Positions 46,627 to 57,285 of a stretch of DNA of 64,000 nt are shown one piece after another (position 1 is the first letter of the stretch; each line of letters begins with the position of its first letter). The notes under the pieces were generated by a model. The model was not told the DNA's origin. It saw only the letters and a program-made list of their open reading frames with translations, and did not search any database. The stretch lies in NCBI GenBank assembly GCA_965243025.1, contig CBDETY010000003.1, positions 3,872,001 through 3,936,000 on the forward strand. Reading direction: 5' to 3'. The DNA is from Candidatus Latescibacterota bacterium (GTDB lineage Bacteria; Latescibacterota; UBA2968; UBA8231). The translations under genes were made by a program, and so were the position numbers.

Positions 46627-48302
46627 ACCCGCACCTCCTCCGTCTCGAACAGCAGCTCCAGGGCTCCCATCCTCCGCAGCAGCCCGCGCAGCGCCGGAGA
46701 GGCGCGGTCGAGATCGACCAGCAGGTAGCGGGTGCCCCGCGCCCGCAGATAGTCGATGTCTGCCGCGGTCGGCTTCCGCAGCCTGCGCCTGAACTCGCGG
46801 TGATGGTCGGGGAAGTACCCCGAGAAGCCGTTCAGGAGCGGCTTCTCGAACTCCAGCCCCCGCAGCATGGCAAGCAGCACCGGCTCGAAATGAGCCGCCC
46901 GTCCGCTCGGTGAGGGGGGCAGCAAGGCCACCGGCCCGGGCGGCAGCTCCCGCAGCCGCACCATCCAGCCCGGAGAGTACACCTCTTCCCTCCCCGGGCT
47001 GAAGCGCTGGAGCGGCGGCAGCACCTCGGCCAGGGCGAGGGCAACCAATGCGGCGGCGAGGACGCGGCCGGCGCGGCCCTTCCGGTCCCAGAGGAGCTGG
47101 AGACCGATGGCGGCCAGGGCCAGCAGCCCCACCTGCATGAAGGCGGCGAGGCGGAAGGAGCTGCGCATCTGGGAGAACCCCGGATAGACCTGGCGCAGCC
47201 ACTCGTAGGGGGAGAACCCGAACAGGCCCACCCGCGGCCCGAAGCTCAGCAGGAAGGCCAGCGCCGAGAACGCAGCGAAGCAGAGGACGAGCCGGCGGCG
47301 GCGGCCCGCTTTCAGGGAAAGCGCTGCCCCGGCGAGGGCCAGCAGCGACAGCGCCGTCCCGGGGTAGAGCCGCTGCGGCGCCGCGGAGCGGTCGCCGAAC
47401 TCCTCGCCCCCGAGCCAGGGGACCAGCCCCGCGGCGCCGGCCCGGGAGCGCAGCTTCAGGAAGTGCTCCGGCACGGCGCTGCCGATGGCGAGCGCCGCCT
47501 CGTTGCGGCTGAACTCCCGGGTCGACTCCAGCTGGCCCGGCAGCACCGGGGCCAGCAGCAGCAGACAGACCGCCGCGGCCGCGGCGGCTCTCTTCGCATT
47601 CGCCGCGGTGAGCTGGTCCCTGCCGACCAGCAGCGCCCCCGCCAGCAGCAGGAAAAGGGACAGGTAGACCCCGAAGTAGTTGGAGGTGAGGTATGCCGCC
47701 GCCGCCCACAGACCCAGCACCACCGCCCGGCCGTAGCCCGGCGATTGCAGAAACCGGACCAGGGCGGCCACGGCGAAGAGGACGGGGAACAGCACCGTCA
47801 TCTGGATCACCCCGAGCTCGTTCGAAACCCACGGCAGGCCGACCGCGAGCAGGCCGGACAGCAGCGCCGGGGCGCGTCCGGCTCCGAGGGCCGCGGCCAG
47901 GTGAGCGGCGGCGGCCCCGTTGAGCGCGAGGATGGCGAGCAGGCAGAGGTTGTAGGAGAGGAAGGGGTTCGAGGTCGCCAGGCGCAGGATCGCGAACAGG
48001 AGGCCGGTGGCCGGCATCGGATCCGACAGGCCGAAGGCAGCTTCCTGCGGGTGGAAGACCGGCGCGTCCCAGTAGCCGGAGAACAGGTGGGCGGCGCGGT
48101 CGGCGTTCCAGTTCAGGGTCCAGAGGTTGAACAGCGGCAGCGTCGCCGAAGACTCGCTGCCCAGGGGCAGACGCGACCCCACCTCAAGCAGGAGCGGCCA
48201 GGTGAACAGGACGGCGAGCCCCAGGTAGAGAACGGGCGCCGCGATTCCCCGCGCGGTCCTGCCCGCGGCCGTCCTGATCTCTCCTGAGAGGCCGGGCGGC
48301 AC
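46590..48302 (-). CDS. GT-C fold membrane glycosyltransferase (YfhO-like)
   Basis: Many TM helices; W.L.W...., WDAP.F.P...AF.LSD, LYPG, R...R, PLLNGFSGY. Confidence 0.72.
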   Translation of the reverse strand: MPPGLSGEIRTAAGRTARGIAAPVLYLGLAVLFTWPLLLEVGSRLPLGSESSATLPLFNLWTLNWNADRAAHLFSGYWDAPVFHPQEAAFGLSDPMPATGLLFAILRLATSNPFLSYNLCLLAILALNGAAAAHLAAALGAGRAPALLSGLLAVGLPWVSNELGVIQMTVLFPVLFAVAALVRFLQSPGYGRAVVLGLWAAAAYLTSNYFGVYLSLFLLLAGALLVGRDQLTAANAKRAAAAAAVCLLLLAPVLPGQLESTREFSRNEAALAIGSAVPEHFLKLRSRAGAAGLVPWLGGEEFGDRSAAPQRLYPGTALSLLALAGAALSLKAGRRRRLVLCFAAFSALAFLLSFGPRVGLFGFSPYEWLRQVYPGFSQMRSSFRLAAFMQVGLLALAAIGLQLLWDRKGRAGRVLAAALVALALAEVLPPLQRFSPGREEVYSPGWMVRLRELPPGPVALLPPSPSGRAAHFEPVLLAMLRGLEFEKPLLNGFSGYFPDHHREFRRRLRKPTAADIDYLRARGTRYLLVDLDRASPALRGLLRRMGALELLFETEEVRVYRFSPPSPGDS

Positions 48303-48305
48303 CGG

Positions 48306-49247
48306 TTACCCCCGCGGCTGCGACCGGTACCAGTCGATGGTCCTGCGCAGGCCCTCCTCGAGACCGACGGAGGCTCTGAAGCCGAAAGCCCGGGCCGCTC
48401 TCGAGGTGTCGACCCTGCGCCGCAGTTGGCCGTTGGGGCGGCTGGTGTCCCAGACGACCTCGCCGCGGTACCCGATCATCTCGCACAGCATCCCGGCCAG
48501 ATCCGCAATGGAGATCTCCCTGCCGCTGCCGAGGTTCACCGGCTCCGGCCCGTCGAACTTCTCCGCGGCGAGCAGGATTCCCTCGGCGGCGTCCTCGACG
48601 AACAGGAACTCCCGGGTCGGGGTGCCGTCCCCCCAGAAGACGACCCTTTCCTCCCCGGCTTCCTCCGCCTCGGCGATCTTCCGAATCATCGCCGGGATCA
48701 CGTGCGAGGAGGCGAGGTCGAAGTTGTCCCCGGGGCCGTACAGGTTGGTCGGCAGCAGGTAGACGGCGTTGGTGCCGTACTCCTGGCGGTAGGCCCGGGC
48801 CTGCACGAGGAGCATCTTCTTAGCCAGGCCGTACGGGGCGTTGGTCTCCTCGGGGTAGCCGTTCCAGAGATCCTCCTCGGCAAACGGCACAGGCGTGTTC
48901 GCGGGGTAGGCGCAGATCGTGCCGACGGCGACGAACTTCGCGATCCCGAAGCGCCGCGCCTGCTCCATCAGCTGCACCCCCATCATCAGGTTGTCGTAGA
49001 AGAAGGAGCCGGGGCTCGCCTGGTTGGCCCCTATGCCCCCAACGGTCGCCGCCAGGTGAATGACCATGTCGGCGCGCGACTCCTCGCAGAGGCGCACGAC
49101 ATCCTCCTCGCGCCGCAGGTCGTACTGCCGGGAGCGCGGCACGACGACCTCGCCGCAGTCCCGCCCGGCGAGCCGGGCGACGACGCGGGACCCGAGGAAA
49201 CCGGCGCCGCCGGTAACGATCACCCGCTGCGATTGCCAGAAACTCAC
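48306..49247 (-). CDS. fcl: GDP-L-fucose synthase
   Basis: [64 protein letters not shown]. Confidence 0.92.
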   Translation of the reverse strand: MSFWQSQRVIVTGGAGFLGSRVVARLAGRDCGEVVVPRSRQYDLRREEDVVRLCEESRADMVIHLAATVGGIGANQASPGSFFYDNLMMGVQLMEQARRFGIAKFVAVGTICAYPANTPVPFAEEDLWNGYPEETNAPYGLAKKMLLVQARAYRQEYGTNAVYLLPTNLYGPGDNFDLASSHVIPAMIRKIAEAEEAGEERVVFWGDGTPTREFLFVEDAAEGILLAAEKFDGPEPVNLGSGREISIADLAGMLCEMIGYRGEVVWDTSRPNGQLRRRVDTSRAARAFGFRASVGLEEGLRRTIDWYRSQPRG

Positions 49248-49267
49248 GCTTCCTCCCAGTGTCCCGC

Positions 49268-50887
49268 CTATCTGCCGGGTACGCGGTATATCGTCAAACC
49301 GGGCCCCGGCCGGACCACGGCGCCGAACCCGGCCACCGGGATGTAGAAGGCATCGGCGGCGTCGAACACCGCCTCCTGCGACCTGCCCTCGACGAACGGG
49401 CTGAACCTCCTGACCACGGTGCCTTCCCTTTCGAGCAGATCGCCGACCGCCGGCGGCGGCTGCGGCGAATAGGCGGAGATGGGGTGGCTGTCGACGACGA
49501 ACCAGGCCGGGGCCAAACGCCGCGGATTCCGCGCCCTCGCGTCCCGGTAGCGGGTGAAACTGACGTACGCCCCCGGCCCCGGCAATTGGGGCCGGGCGTA
49601 CTTCAGGCGGCCGCGGGCGACGAGAACGTCCCCTTCCGGGACGTTGGCCTCGATCCACTCGCGGGCGAGCTGCCGTGTGTCGACCCGGCCGGCGATGCGG
49701 TTGAAGCAGACGGTGCGCCAGGCCGGCTCCGCCGCGGCCAGCAGGACGACCGCGGCGGCCGCTGCGAGACTCCAGCGCGTGCCGAAAACCCCCTGGCAGG
49801 CTGCGAGCGCCGCATTGGCGGCCAGCAGGCAGAGCACCGGCATCGGCAGCGCCATGTAGCGGAAGAACAGCACCACCGTGAGGCAGTACGCGGCCAGCAC
49901 CGTCCCCGCAAACGCCAGCAGCAGCAGCGCCGCGTCCCCACCGGGCCTGCGGCCTGCCGCCAGGTAGAGCGCGTACCCGGCGCCGGCGGCTGCCAGGGCG
50001 GTGAGGAGATACCCGGCGCCGTAGCGAAGCCCGAAGCCGAAGATCCAGGGCAGGCCGGCGCTCAGCTCCCCGACGGGCAGGCCTTCCCCGCGCAGCAGCT
50101 CCCCGGTGATGAAGGTCGACACGTCCTCCCGGAACCGGCCGCTGTTGAGGAGCACGTAAGGGGAGGTGCAGGCGAAGGCGGCGAAGGCGGCGGCCAACCC
50201 CGCCAGGGGCCGGTCGAGCAGCAGCGGGCGGGCCCACTCCCCGCGCCGTTCGCGGAGGGCGAACAGGTGGGCGGCCAGGCAGGGCACCGCGAGCACCGCG
50301 GCGGTGTATTTCGTAGACACCGCCAGTCCGGCGAGCCCGCCGGCGAGCAGGTAGTCGCGCCGGCGGGCGCGGCGCGCCAGGGGCAGCAGGCGCCACAGGA
50401 CCAGGGTGGCCAGCAGCGCCGCGGGCACGTCGGTGGTGGCGAAGTGGGACTCCCTGGCGTGCGAGAAGTTGAGGGCGAGAAGCATGGCCCCGAGAAGACC
50501 GGCGCCGCGGCCGAAGGCATCCCGTCCCAGCAGGTAGGCGGCGAAAACGCCGGCGACCCCGAGGGCGGCGGTGGTGAGCCGGCCGGTCAGGTAGACGGGG
50601 ACGGCCTCGCGGGCGGCGGCGAAAGCGGCGAAGCTCATCCCGCCGAAGAGGCCGAACAGCTCCCCCAGGTTCTGCACGGCCCCGAGTACGAGGGAGGTCG
50701 CGTAGATGTAGAGGGAGGGGTAGACGTAGAACCCGGGGTCGAGCTGCCCCTGCAGGACGCGGAACGCCTTGAGGACGATGTACCCCTCGTCCGGCCGGTA
50801 GCGGCCGGGAAAGCCGAAGTCGATCGACCACAGCCGCAGGGCCGCGGCGGCAACGAGCACCGCGGCGAGGATCCAGCGCTCGCGCAT
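49268..50887 (-). CDS. ArnT/PMT_2 (GT39/GT83-like) membrane glycosyltransferase
   Basis: LRLW.I.FG.P...RPDE, YPSLY.Y, SHFATTD, GLA..TKY, RY.LP, DTR..A..WI..N.P. Confidence 0.85.
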   Translation of the reverse strand: MRERWILAAVLVAAAALRLWSIDFGFPGRYRPDEGYIVLKAFRVLQGQLDPGFYVYPSLYIYATSLVLGAVQNLGELFGLFGGMSFAAFAAAREAVPVYLTGRLTTAALGVAGVFAAYLLGRDAFGRGAGLLGAMLLALNFSHARESHFATTDVPAALLATLVLWRLLPLARRARRRDYLLAGGLAGLAVSTKYTAAVLAVPCLAAHLFALRERRGEWARPLLLDRPLAGLAAAFAAFACTSPYVLLNSGRFREDVSTFITGELLRGEGLPVGELSAGLPWIFGFGLRYGAGYLLTALAAAGAGYALYLAAGRRPGGDAALLLLAFAGTVLAAYCLTVVLFFRYMALPMPVLCLLAANAALAACQGVFGTRWSLAAAAAVVLLAAAEPAWRTVCFNRIAGRVDTRQLAREWIEANVPEGDVLVARGRLKYARPQLPGPGAYVSFTRYRDARARNPRRLAPAWFVVDSHPISAYSPQPPPAVGDLLEREGTVVRRFSPFVEGRSQEAVFDAADAFYIPVAGFGAVVRPGPGLTIYRVPGR

Positions 50888-51675
50888 CAGCCGGCCCCGG
50901 CCCGGAGGAGGCGGATGCGGGCGAACATCGCGGTGGCCCCGGCGGCGAACCCGAGCGCGCGCTCGACGCCGCTCCAGAAACCGAAGCTCCATCCCGGCAT
51001 GAGCTGGCGCAGCGACAGCCCCCCTGACAGCAGGTAGCGGAACGGCATGTACGGCTCGACCCGGTCGAGCCGCCACTCGGGGAAGCCGCTCTCGAAATGG
51101 GCCCTGTCTCTCGCGAAGACGATCCAGGGGAGGGCGGAGTTGGCTCCCGTCATCGGGCCTGTGCCCGGAGTTTCCCACTCCCGGGCATGCACGTCGATCT
51201 CTTCGTGGTGGAACCTGCCGTAGATGAACCGCGACCAGGGGGTGCACCAGGGCTCGATCATGACTACCGCCCCCCCGGGCCTGACGCAGCGGGCCGCCTC
51301 GGCGAGGAAGCGGCGCGGTTCCGGCAGGTGGTGGAAGACGTTGGTCATGGCGATCCCCCGCAGTACCCCGCCGGCGAACGGCAGGCGCTGCCCGTCGAGC
51401 ACGAGGTCGAGGCTGTCTGAAAAAACCAGGTCGGAGCTGAAGCAGCCGCGGGTGCGGTCCTCCAGCAGTCCGCCGGCGCCGGCACCCAGTTCGATGACGG
51501 CGCCTGGCCCCTCGGGAATCGAGGCGCCCAGCCACTCCCCCCACTCGGCGTATACGCGCCGCAGGAAGGGCTTGGCCTCGATCAGCTTGCGGTGCGCCCC
51601 GGCGCGGCCGGGAGCGTCGAGGTCGAGGCCCCGCACCGCGGGTTCGGCGAGCAGCCGGCGCAGGGCGGAGATCAC
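50887..51675 (-). CDS. Class I SAM-dependent methyltransferase-like protein
   Basis: [35 protein letters not shown]; coupled at both ends. Confidence 0.82.
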   Translation of the reverse strand: MISALRRLLAEPAVRGLDLDAPGRAGAHRKLIEAKPFLRRVYAEWGEWLGASIPEGPGAVIELGAGAGGLLEDRTRGCFSSDLVFSDSLDLVLDGQRLPFAGGVLRGIAMTNVFHHLPEPRRFLAEAARCVRPGGAVVMIEPWCTPWSRFIYGRFHHEEIDVHAREWETPGTGPMTGANSALPWIVFARDRAHFESGFPEWRLDRVEPYMPFRYLLSGGLSLRQLMPGWSFGFWSGVERALGFAAGATAMFARIRLLRAGAG

Positions 51676-53126
51676 GCGAACTTGAGCTTGCGCATGGCGA
51701 TGGCCGTCATCTTCAGCAGCAGCCAGCCGTGGCGGAAGCGCTGGATCTGGGTGCTGCCGTAGCGCCTCTCGCGGTAGCGCACCGGGACCTCGACGATGCG
51801 CAGCTGCAGCCTGGCGGCGCCGAAGAGGAGGTCGAAGTCTCCGAAGGGATCGAGGTCGCCGAAGTAGGCGCGCCCCGCGGCGATGCGGGCGTAGTCCCTG
51901 GCGAAAAGGACCTTGGTGCCGCACAGGGTATCGCGGATGCGCTGCTCCAGCAGGTAGGTGAAGGCGACGCTGAAGAGCTTGTTGCCGAGAAGGTTGAGCA
52001 GCCGCATCGCCTGGCGCTCCATCGGGTAGACGAGGCGGGTGCCGTTGATCAGCTCCCCCCGGCCCTCGACCAGGGCGTCGTAGAACCTCGGCAGGTCCTC
52101 CGGGGCCACGGTGAGGTCGCCGTCGAGGATCATCAGCACCTCCCCGCCGGCGCGGGCGAAGCCGCGGCGGACCGCGTCCCCCTTGCCGCTGCCGTTATCC
52201 TGGCGGACGAGCTTGATGTCGCGCTGCGGGTACGCGGCGATGACGCGCTCGATCTCCTCGGCGGTGCCGTCCCGGGAGCCACCCTCGACGAAGATCAGCT
52301 CGGTGCGGGAGCCGATGTCGGGGGTGCGCAGGACCGCCTGCTCGACGTTCCCCTTCTCGTTGCGGCAGGGAATGATTACTGAGCAGGCCGGCGGCTCGGG
52401 GCGCGCCTCCGGGGCCGCGGGGCGGGCGACGACGAACTGCGACAGGCAGAGCCTGCGGATGCCGGGAAGCCTGGCGAGGAAGCGGTTGACGAAGGGGGAC
52501 AGCAGCGGCACCCGCCGCGGCGCCAGGAAGCGGTAACCGGAGTTGACGGTCTCGAAACCGGTGAGGTAGAGCAGGTTCCCGATGTCCCCGGCCGAGAGCC
52601 AGTTCTGCAGCGGCACCTTCATCTTCAACCGCAGGGCCTCCCCGAGCTTGAGCAGCGGCTCCCACAGGTAGTTGAAGCTGGTGACGATGACGCGGGTATG
52701 GGGCTCCGACACCTTGTGCAGCTGCGCGAAGGCGCCCTGGACGTCGAACAGGTGGCCGACGACGTCGGAGAGGATTACGTAGTCGAAGGTCTCGTCGACC
52801 TCGAGGTTCTCGGCGTCGCCGGCGCGGAACTCGAGGCCGGGGTGCCGTGCCGCCGCCAGCTCGACCATCTTCGGACTGATATCGATGCCGAGCCCGCGGC
52901 CGGGAGAGACCGCGGCGAGGAGGTCGCCGGTGCCGCATCCGATCTCGAGCACCCTCGACCCGGGCGGGATCACGAAGCGGCAGAGGTCGGCGACCTGCCG
53001 GTAGTAGTAGCGGTTGCGGCGCAGCCAGCGCTCGCGCTCAGGGGCCAGGGCGTCGAAGAGCGGGGCCATGCTCTCCGGGCGCAGCGCCGGGCCGCGGCGG
53101 CTCGTCCAGGGCAGCCAGCTCGTCAC
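51672..53126 (-). CDS. Fusion of methyltransferase-like domain and GT2 (polyprenol-phosphate glycosyltransferase-like)
   Basis: N-terminal VLEIGCGTG; C-terminal IIPCRNE, GSRDGT, GKGDAVR.G, ILDGDL, DTLCGTK. Confidence 0.88.
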   Translation of the reverse strand: MTSWLPWTSRRGPALRPESMAPLFDALAPERERWLRRNRYYYRQVADLCRFVIPPGSRVLEIGCGTGDLLAAVSPGRGLGIDISPKMVELAAARHPGLEFRAGDAENLEVDETFDYVILSDVVGHLFDVQGAFAQLHKVSEPHTRVIVTSFNYLWEPLLKLGEALRLKMKVPLQNWLSAGDIGNLLYLTGFETVNSGYRFLAPRRVPLLSPFVNRFLARLPGIRRLCLSQFVVARPAAPEARPEPPACSVIIPCRNEKGNVEQAVLRTPDIGSRTELIFVEGGSRDGTAEEIERVIAAYPQRDIKLVRQDNGSGKGDAVRRGFARAGGEVLMILDGDLTVAPEDLPRFYDALVEGRGELINGTRLVYPMERQAMRLLNLLGNKLFSVAFTYLLEQRIRDTLCGTKVLFARDYARIAAGRAYFGDLDPFGDFDLLFGAARLQLRIVEVPVRYRERRYGSTQIQRFRHGWLLLKMTAIAMRKLKFA

Positions 53127-53472
53127 CGGGCGGCGTCTCCGGTCCCGGCGCGGGGGCGGCGTTCTTCCATGACGGGGAACATAACCATCCCGGAGCCCGC
53201 CCGGGAACAGAAAACCCGCCTCTTCTTCCCCCTGCCCGAAGACTGGTTGCCGCCCCGGGGTCTTCCCGCCCTGGTCTGCAAACCGGTCGTCTCCGGTTCG
53301 ACAGTGCGTCGGCTGTCTTCGGCAGCATTGCCCGCCCTCGCCTGCAGAGCAACCTTATCCGGGCTGTCTGGATGACTTTCCACCGATGATTTCGAGTCCT
53401 TTGCGTTTTCCCCAAACCGCATTCGAGTGGGGAGAATTCGACGTGACGGAAACCCGAGTTGACGAGACAACC

Positions 53473-55710
53473 ATGACGCGGACACGACGATCTCCCCTCT
53501 GGATGCCGCTTCTCTGCTGCCTCGCCGCGGCTCCGGGGTGCTCGCCGGACCCGGACGGGGATACAGCGGCGGAAGGCACCCGCGCCATGGCCGAGCGCCT
53601 CGAAGCGATCGCCGCCGGCGTCGACCCGGAGGCCAACCCCTACGCCAACGGGGTCCGGGTCGAGCACTTCCGCCGGCGGCTGGACAGCCTGCGGACCTCC
53701 GCAGCCGCAGAGGAGCCCCCCCCTGAGCCGATCCTGCGCGCCCGTTTCACCCTCGCCAACGAACTGCTCCTCGACGGACAGTCCGCGGAGGCGGCCCGGG
53801 AGTTCGAAGCCCTGCTGCAGGACGCCGAGAAGCCAGGCAACCGACACAACATCCGCATCCTCCTCGGTCTGACCTGGCTGCGCCTCGGGGAGCAGGAGAA
53901 CTGCGTGGTGCGGCACACCATAGACTCCTGTCTTATGCCCGTAGGCGGCTCGGGGGTGCACCTCATCGAGCGCGGCTCGCGCGGGGCCGTGCGCGAGTTC
54001 GGGAAGGTGCTGGAGCGCAACCCCAGGGACCTGTCCGCCCGCTGGCTGCTCAACATCGCCTACATGACCCTCGGGGAGCACCCCGGAAAGGTGCCCCCCC
54101 GGCACCTGATCCCGGAAGAGGCCTTCGCGTCGGACTACGACATCGGGCAGTTCCGCGACGTCGCCCCCGCCCTCGGCCTCGACCTGGTGGGCCTGGCGGG
54201 GGGCGGCATCATGGAGGACTTCGACGGGGACGGCCACCTCGACGTCTTCGCCACCTCCTGGGGGCTGCGCGACCAGGTGCGTTACTTCCGCAACGGGGGC
54301 GACGGCTCCTTCTCGGACCTGACCGAAGCGGCCGGACTGCTCGGCATCGTCGGGGGCCTCAACGCCCTGCAGACCGACTACGACAACGACGGCTGGGCCG
54401 ACCTGCTGGTGCTGCGCGGGGCCTGGCTGAACCGCCCTCCGGCTACCGACGGGGGGCGCCATCCCAACTCCCTGCTGCGCAACCTGGACGGGGTGGAGTT
54501 CGCCGACGTCACCGCCGAAGCCGGGCTGCTGAGCTTCCACCCGACGCAGACCGCGGCCTGGGGGGACTGCGACAACGACGGCTGGCTCGACCTCTACATC
54601 GGCAACGAGAGCCTGGGAACAGACAGGCATCCCAACGAGCTCTACCTCAACGCCCGGGACGGCGCCTTCCGGAACGCGGCGGCGGCCAGCGGAGTCGCCC
54701 TGGAGGGGTACGTCAAAGGAGTGGTCTGGGGGGACTACGACAACGACGGGCGGCTCGACCTCTACGTGTCGCGCCTGCTCGAGGAGGAGCCGAACATCCT
54801 GTTCCGCAACCGCGCCGGAGACTCCGGGCCTCCCCGCTTCGACGACGTCACCGAGGCCGCCGGCGTCCCGGGTCCGGCCTACAGCTTCCCCGCCTGGTTC
54901 TGGGACTACGACAACGACGGCTGGCTCGACCTGTTCGTCTCGGGGTACCGGGCCCGCGCTTCCGAGGTGGCCGCCGACTACCTCGGGATTCCCCACTACG
55001 GGGAGCTTCCCCGCCTTTACCGCAACAACCGCGACGGCAGCTTTGCCGACCTCACCCGGGAGGCCCGCCTAGACAAGCCCCTGCTGACCATGGGCAGCAA
55101 CTTCGGCGACCTCGACAACGACGGCTGGCTCGACTGCTACATCGGCACCGGGTCGCCGGGGCTGACGTCGCTGATGCCGAACCGGATGTTCCGCAATGCC
55201 GGGGGCCGCTTCTTCCAGGACGTGACCACGTCTGGGGGATTCGGCCACATACAGAAGGGGCACGGGGTCGCCTTCGGGGACGCCGACCACGACGGCGACC
55301 AGGACGTGTACGCGACCATGGGGGGCGCCTACGCCGGCGACGTGTACCAGAACATCCTGTTCGAGAACCCCGGGCACGGGAACCGCTGGCTCAAGCTGAA
55401 GCTCGTCGGGGTGCGCTCCAACCGGGCGGGGATCGGGGCGCGCATCAAGGTTACGGTCGACACCGGGGAGGGGGAGCGTCAGATCCACGCCACCGTCGGC
55501 AGCGGCGGCAGCTTCGGAGCCTCGAGCTTCCGCAAGGAGATCGGCCTCGGGCAGGCGAGCGCCATCCGGTCGCTGGAGGTCTACTGGCCGGCCAGCGGCG
55601 AGCGCCAGCTGTTCGAAGAGGTTGAGATGGACCGGGTGCTGCAAATCACCGAGGGAGACCCGGCCCCGCAAGTCCTGCACTACGAGCCCTTCCGCCTGGG
55701 AGCCGGCTGA
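53473..55710 (+). CDS. CRTAC1-like FG-GAP + ASPIC/UnbV protein with N-terminal TPR-like region (probable lipoprotein)
   Basis: Signal peptide with APGC; LRLGEQENC..., D.DNDGWLDL repeats, SNRAGIGARI, EIGLG, VYWP. Confidence 0.88.
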   Translation: MTRTRRSPLWMPLLCCLAAAPGCSPDPDGDTAAEGTRAMAERLEAIAAGVDPEANPYANGVRVEHFRRRLDSLRTSAAAEEPPPEPILRARFTLANELLLDGQSAEAAREFEALLQDAEKPGNRHNIRILLGLTWLRLGEQENCVVRHTIDSCLMPVGGSGVHLIERGSRGAVREFGKVLERNPRDLSARWLLNIAYMTLGEHPGKVPPRHLIPEEAFASDYDIGQFRDVAPALGLDLVGLAGGGIMEDFDGDGHLDVFATSWGLRDQVRYFRNGGDGSFSDLTEAAGLLGIVGGLNALQTDYDNDGWADLLVLRGAWLNRPPATDGGRHPNSLLRNLDGVEFADVTAEAGLLSFHPTQTAAWGDCDNDGWLDLYIGNESLGTDRHPNELYLNARDGAFRNAAAASGVALEGYVKGVVWGDYDNDGRLDLYVSRLLEEEPNILFRNRAGDSGPPRFDDVTEAAGVPGPAYSFPAWFWDYDNDGWLDLFVSGYRARASEVAADYLGIPHYGELPRLYRNNRDGSFADLTREARLDKPLLTMGSNFGDLDNDGWLDCYIGTGSPGLTSLMPNRMFRNAGGRFFQDVTTSGGFGHIQKGHGVAFGDADHDGDQDVYATMGGAYAGDVYQNILFENPGHGNRWLKLKLVGVRSNRAGIGARIKVTVDTGEGERQIHATVGSGGSFGASSFRKEIGLGQASAIRSLEVYWPASGERQLFEEVEMDRVLQITEGDPAPQVLHYEPFRLGAG

Positions 55711-55852
55711 AGCGGAACAGGGCGAGACCCCTGCTCGCGTATGTAAGCGCAAGGAACGCGGCGAGCCGGGATGCAGTGAGAGCCGGGTTCACGGAACTGC
55801 GTGGAGAGGCATCAGGCCGGGGCCAGCCCGGCCGCAGATGGCGGTGCGACGG

Positions 55853-56860
55853 CTAATCCATCTCCAGCGAGGCCTTGATCCGCCCCCAGGAAACCGACTC
55901 GACCGCGCTGTTTTGCGGCCCGGCGCCGGCCGGCAACAGCAGTCCGTCGAGAAAGTAATCGGCGGCAAAACTTTCTATGTCCCAGAAAACTTCACGATCG
56001 GATGCCATGACCTGGACTTCCGGTGCCAACTGGGCAGTAGAATTCCTCCCCTTGTCCGCATCATACACGCCAATCGCGAAGCCGATGATCTTGCCTGCGC
56101 TCAGATCGCTTGGGGCAGACCCGTCGGGACTGGTCAGGTCTTCCCTGTGGTCGAACGGCGTGATGTACAGCTCGATTGTCCAGATGACGGGCGCTTCTCC
56201 GGCTACGCCGCCGCCGGCCTCCGCGTAGGGGGGCAGGGTCATCCAGGAAAAGGCCCCCGTCATATATCTGGACTGCCACTCATCCAAAGTCGGTCCACTG
56301 GGAGTTTGGGAAATGGCCTCATATGACTGAGCCTCCCCGGTAATCTCCAGGAATCTCCCCGGTCTGACAGGAACTGCCAGGTCACGCCCGGGACCGCCGC
56401 TGTGATCTCCGTCGATTCCGAGGACAATACCGTCGTTATATCCACCAAGGAATACCAAATTATCCTTACCAGACTCTATCCAATTGTCCACATCGTAGGT
56501 GTGGGTATTTACGTATCTGTCATCGGTGGCCACGAAGGCTACATAGAGGCGAGCCGGCTCATCGTGCCAGGCCAGCCAGATCCGGAAGTCCAAGTCGGCC
56601 GGATCATGCGTGGATTCCCTGAACTCGTCCATGAAATCCACCAAGCTCAGGGCAGGCTCACCGATCAGATCGAACCACTCCTCCACCGAGCCGTCGTGGA
56701 GCTGAATCTCTGAAAGCATCTCGTCGGTCAACTCCGCGAACGGGAAGACCCGACTGCCGACGTGGGCTTCTGCCTGGTCAGCCAGGCCGGCGGACAGGGC
56801 CGACCCGACGAGCAGGCCGAGGGCCATGCGCCAGTGATTCCTGCTGAAAAAAAAGGACAT
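55853..56860 (-). CDS. Secreted DOMON/CBM9-like protein with C-terminal SAVESVSWGRIKAS tag
   Basis: Signal peptide ending AEA; DG...EW, WLAW....LYV, DGDHSGG, W..E..I, IIGF.I.V.D.D. Confidence 0.7.
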   Translation of the reverse strand: MSFFFSRNHWRMALGLLVGSALSAGLADQAEAHVGSRVFPFAELTDEMLSEIQLHDGSVEEWFDLIGEPALSLVDFMDEFRESTHDPADLDFRIWLAWHDEPARLYVAFVATDDRYVNTHTYDVDNWIESGKDNLVFLGGYNDGIVLGIDGDHSGGPGRDLAVPVRPGRFLEITGEAQSYEAISQTPSGPTLDEWQSRYMTGAFSWMTLPPYAEAGGGVAGEAPVIWTIELYITPFDHREDLTSPDGSAPSDLSAGKIIGFAIGVYDADKGRNSTAQLAPEVQVMASDREVFWDIESFAADYFLDGLLLPAGAGPQNSAVESVSWGRIKASLEMD

Positions 56861-56884
56861 CTGTTTTCCTTCCTCCTCTTCAGG

Positions 56885-56934
56885 AAAAACAAGGGCGAGG
56901 ACCCATCCCCCTGAAGGGGACGGAGCCCTCGTCC
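56885..56934 (-). terminator. Rho-independent terminator between the peptide gene and the WGRIK gene
   Basis: Minus-strand RNA CGAGGGC(U)CCGUCCCC-UUCAG-GGGGAUGGGUCCUCG followed by UUGUUUUU; G-U pairs favour the minus strand; a second hairpin lies at 56941-56962. Confidence 0.7.
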
Positions 56935-56969
56935 TGGAATTCCGCGTCAGCGAAAACGCGGAAGGATGC

Positions 56970-57225
56970 TCAGTTCCTGCACTCGCAGTACCAAGCCCCT
57001 GGGCCGGGGAGGTCGCGAACCCGGTAATCGTCGTGCCAAAGCCGGGAGCAGTTATATGCGCACGTTCCGTCCGCCTCGCTGTTCGTGTAGGCGTACATGG
57101 TGTGGCCGTGGTGCCAAGGAGGTACTCGATTCGGCCTCCACCCAGGACACGCCTCCGGTGGTGAGCAGGAACCCCCGCCAGAACGCCAGGACGGCCTTCA
57201 TGCTCTGCTTCAACTGATTTCCCAT
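56970..57225 (-). pseudogene. Cryptic secreted Cys-containing mini-protein (signal peptide + CxxxC...CxC), frameshifted or miscalled
   Basis: RBS AAAGGGGG and ATG at 57225 give MGNQLKQSMKAVLAFWRGFLLTTGGVSWVEA; the +1 frame continues PWHHGHTMYAYTNSEADGTCAYNCSRLWHDDYRVRDLPGPGAWYCECRN* (stop 56970-56972). Confidence 0.6.
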
Positions 57226-57285
57226 TGCTGCCCCCTTTGTTTTCGGGGTCGCGCCTGTTCGCTACCCCCGTTCACCAAAAAGAGA

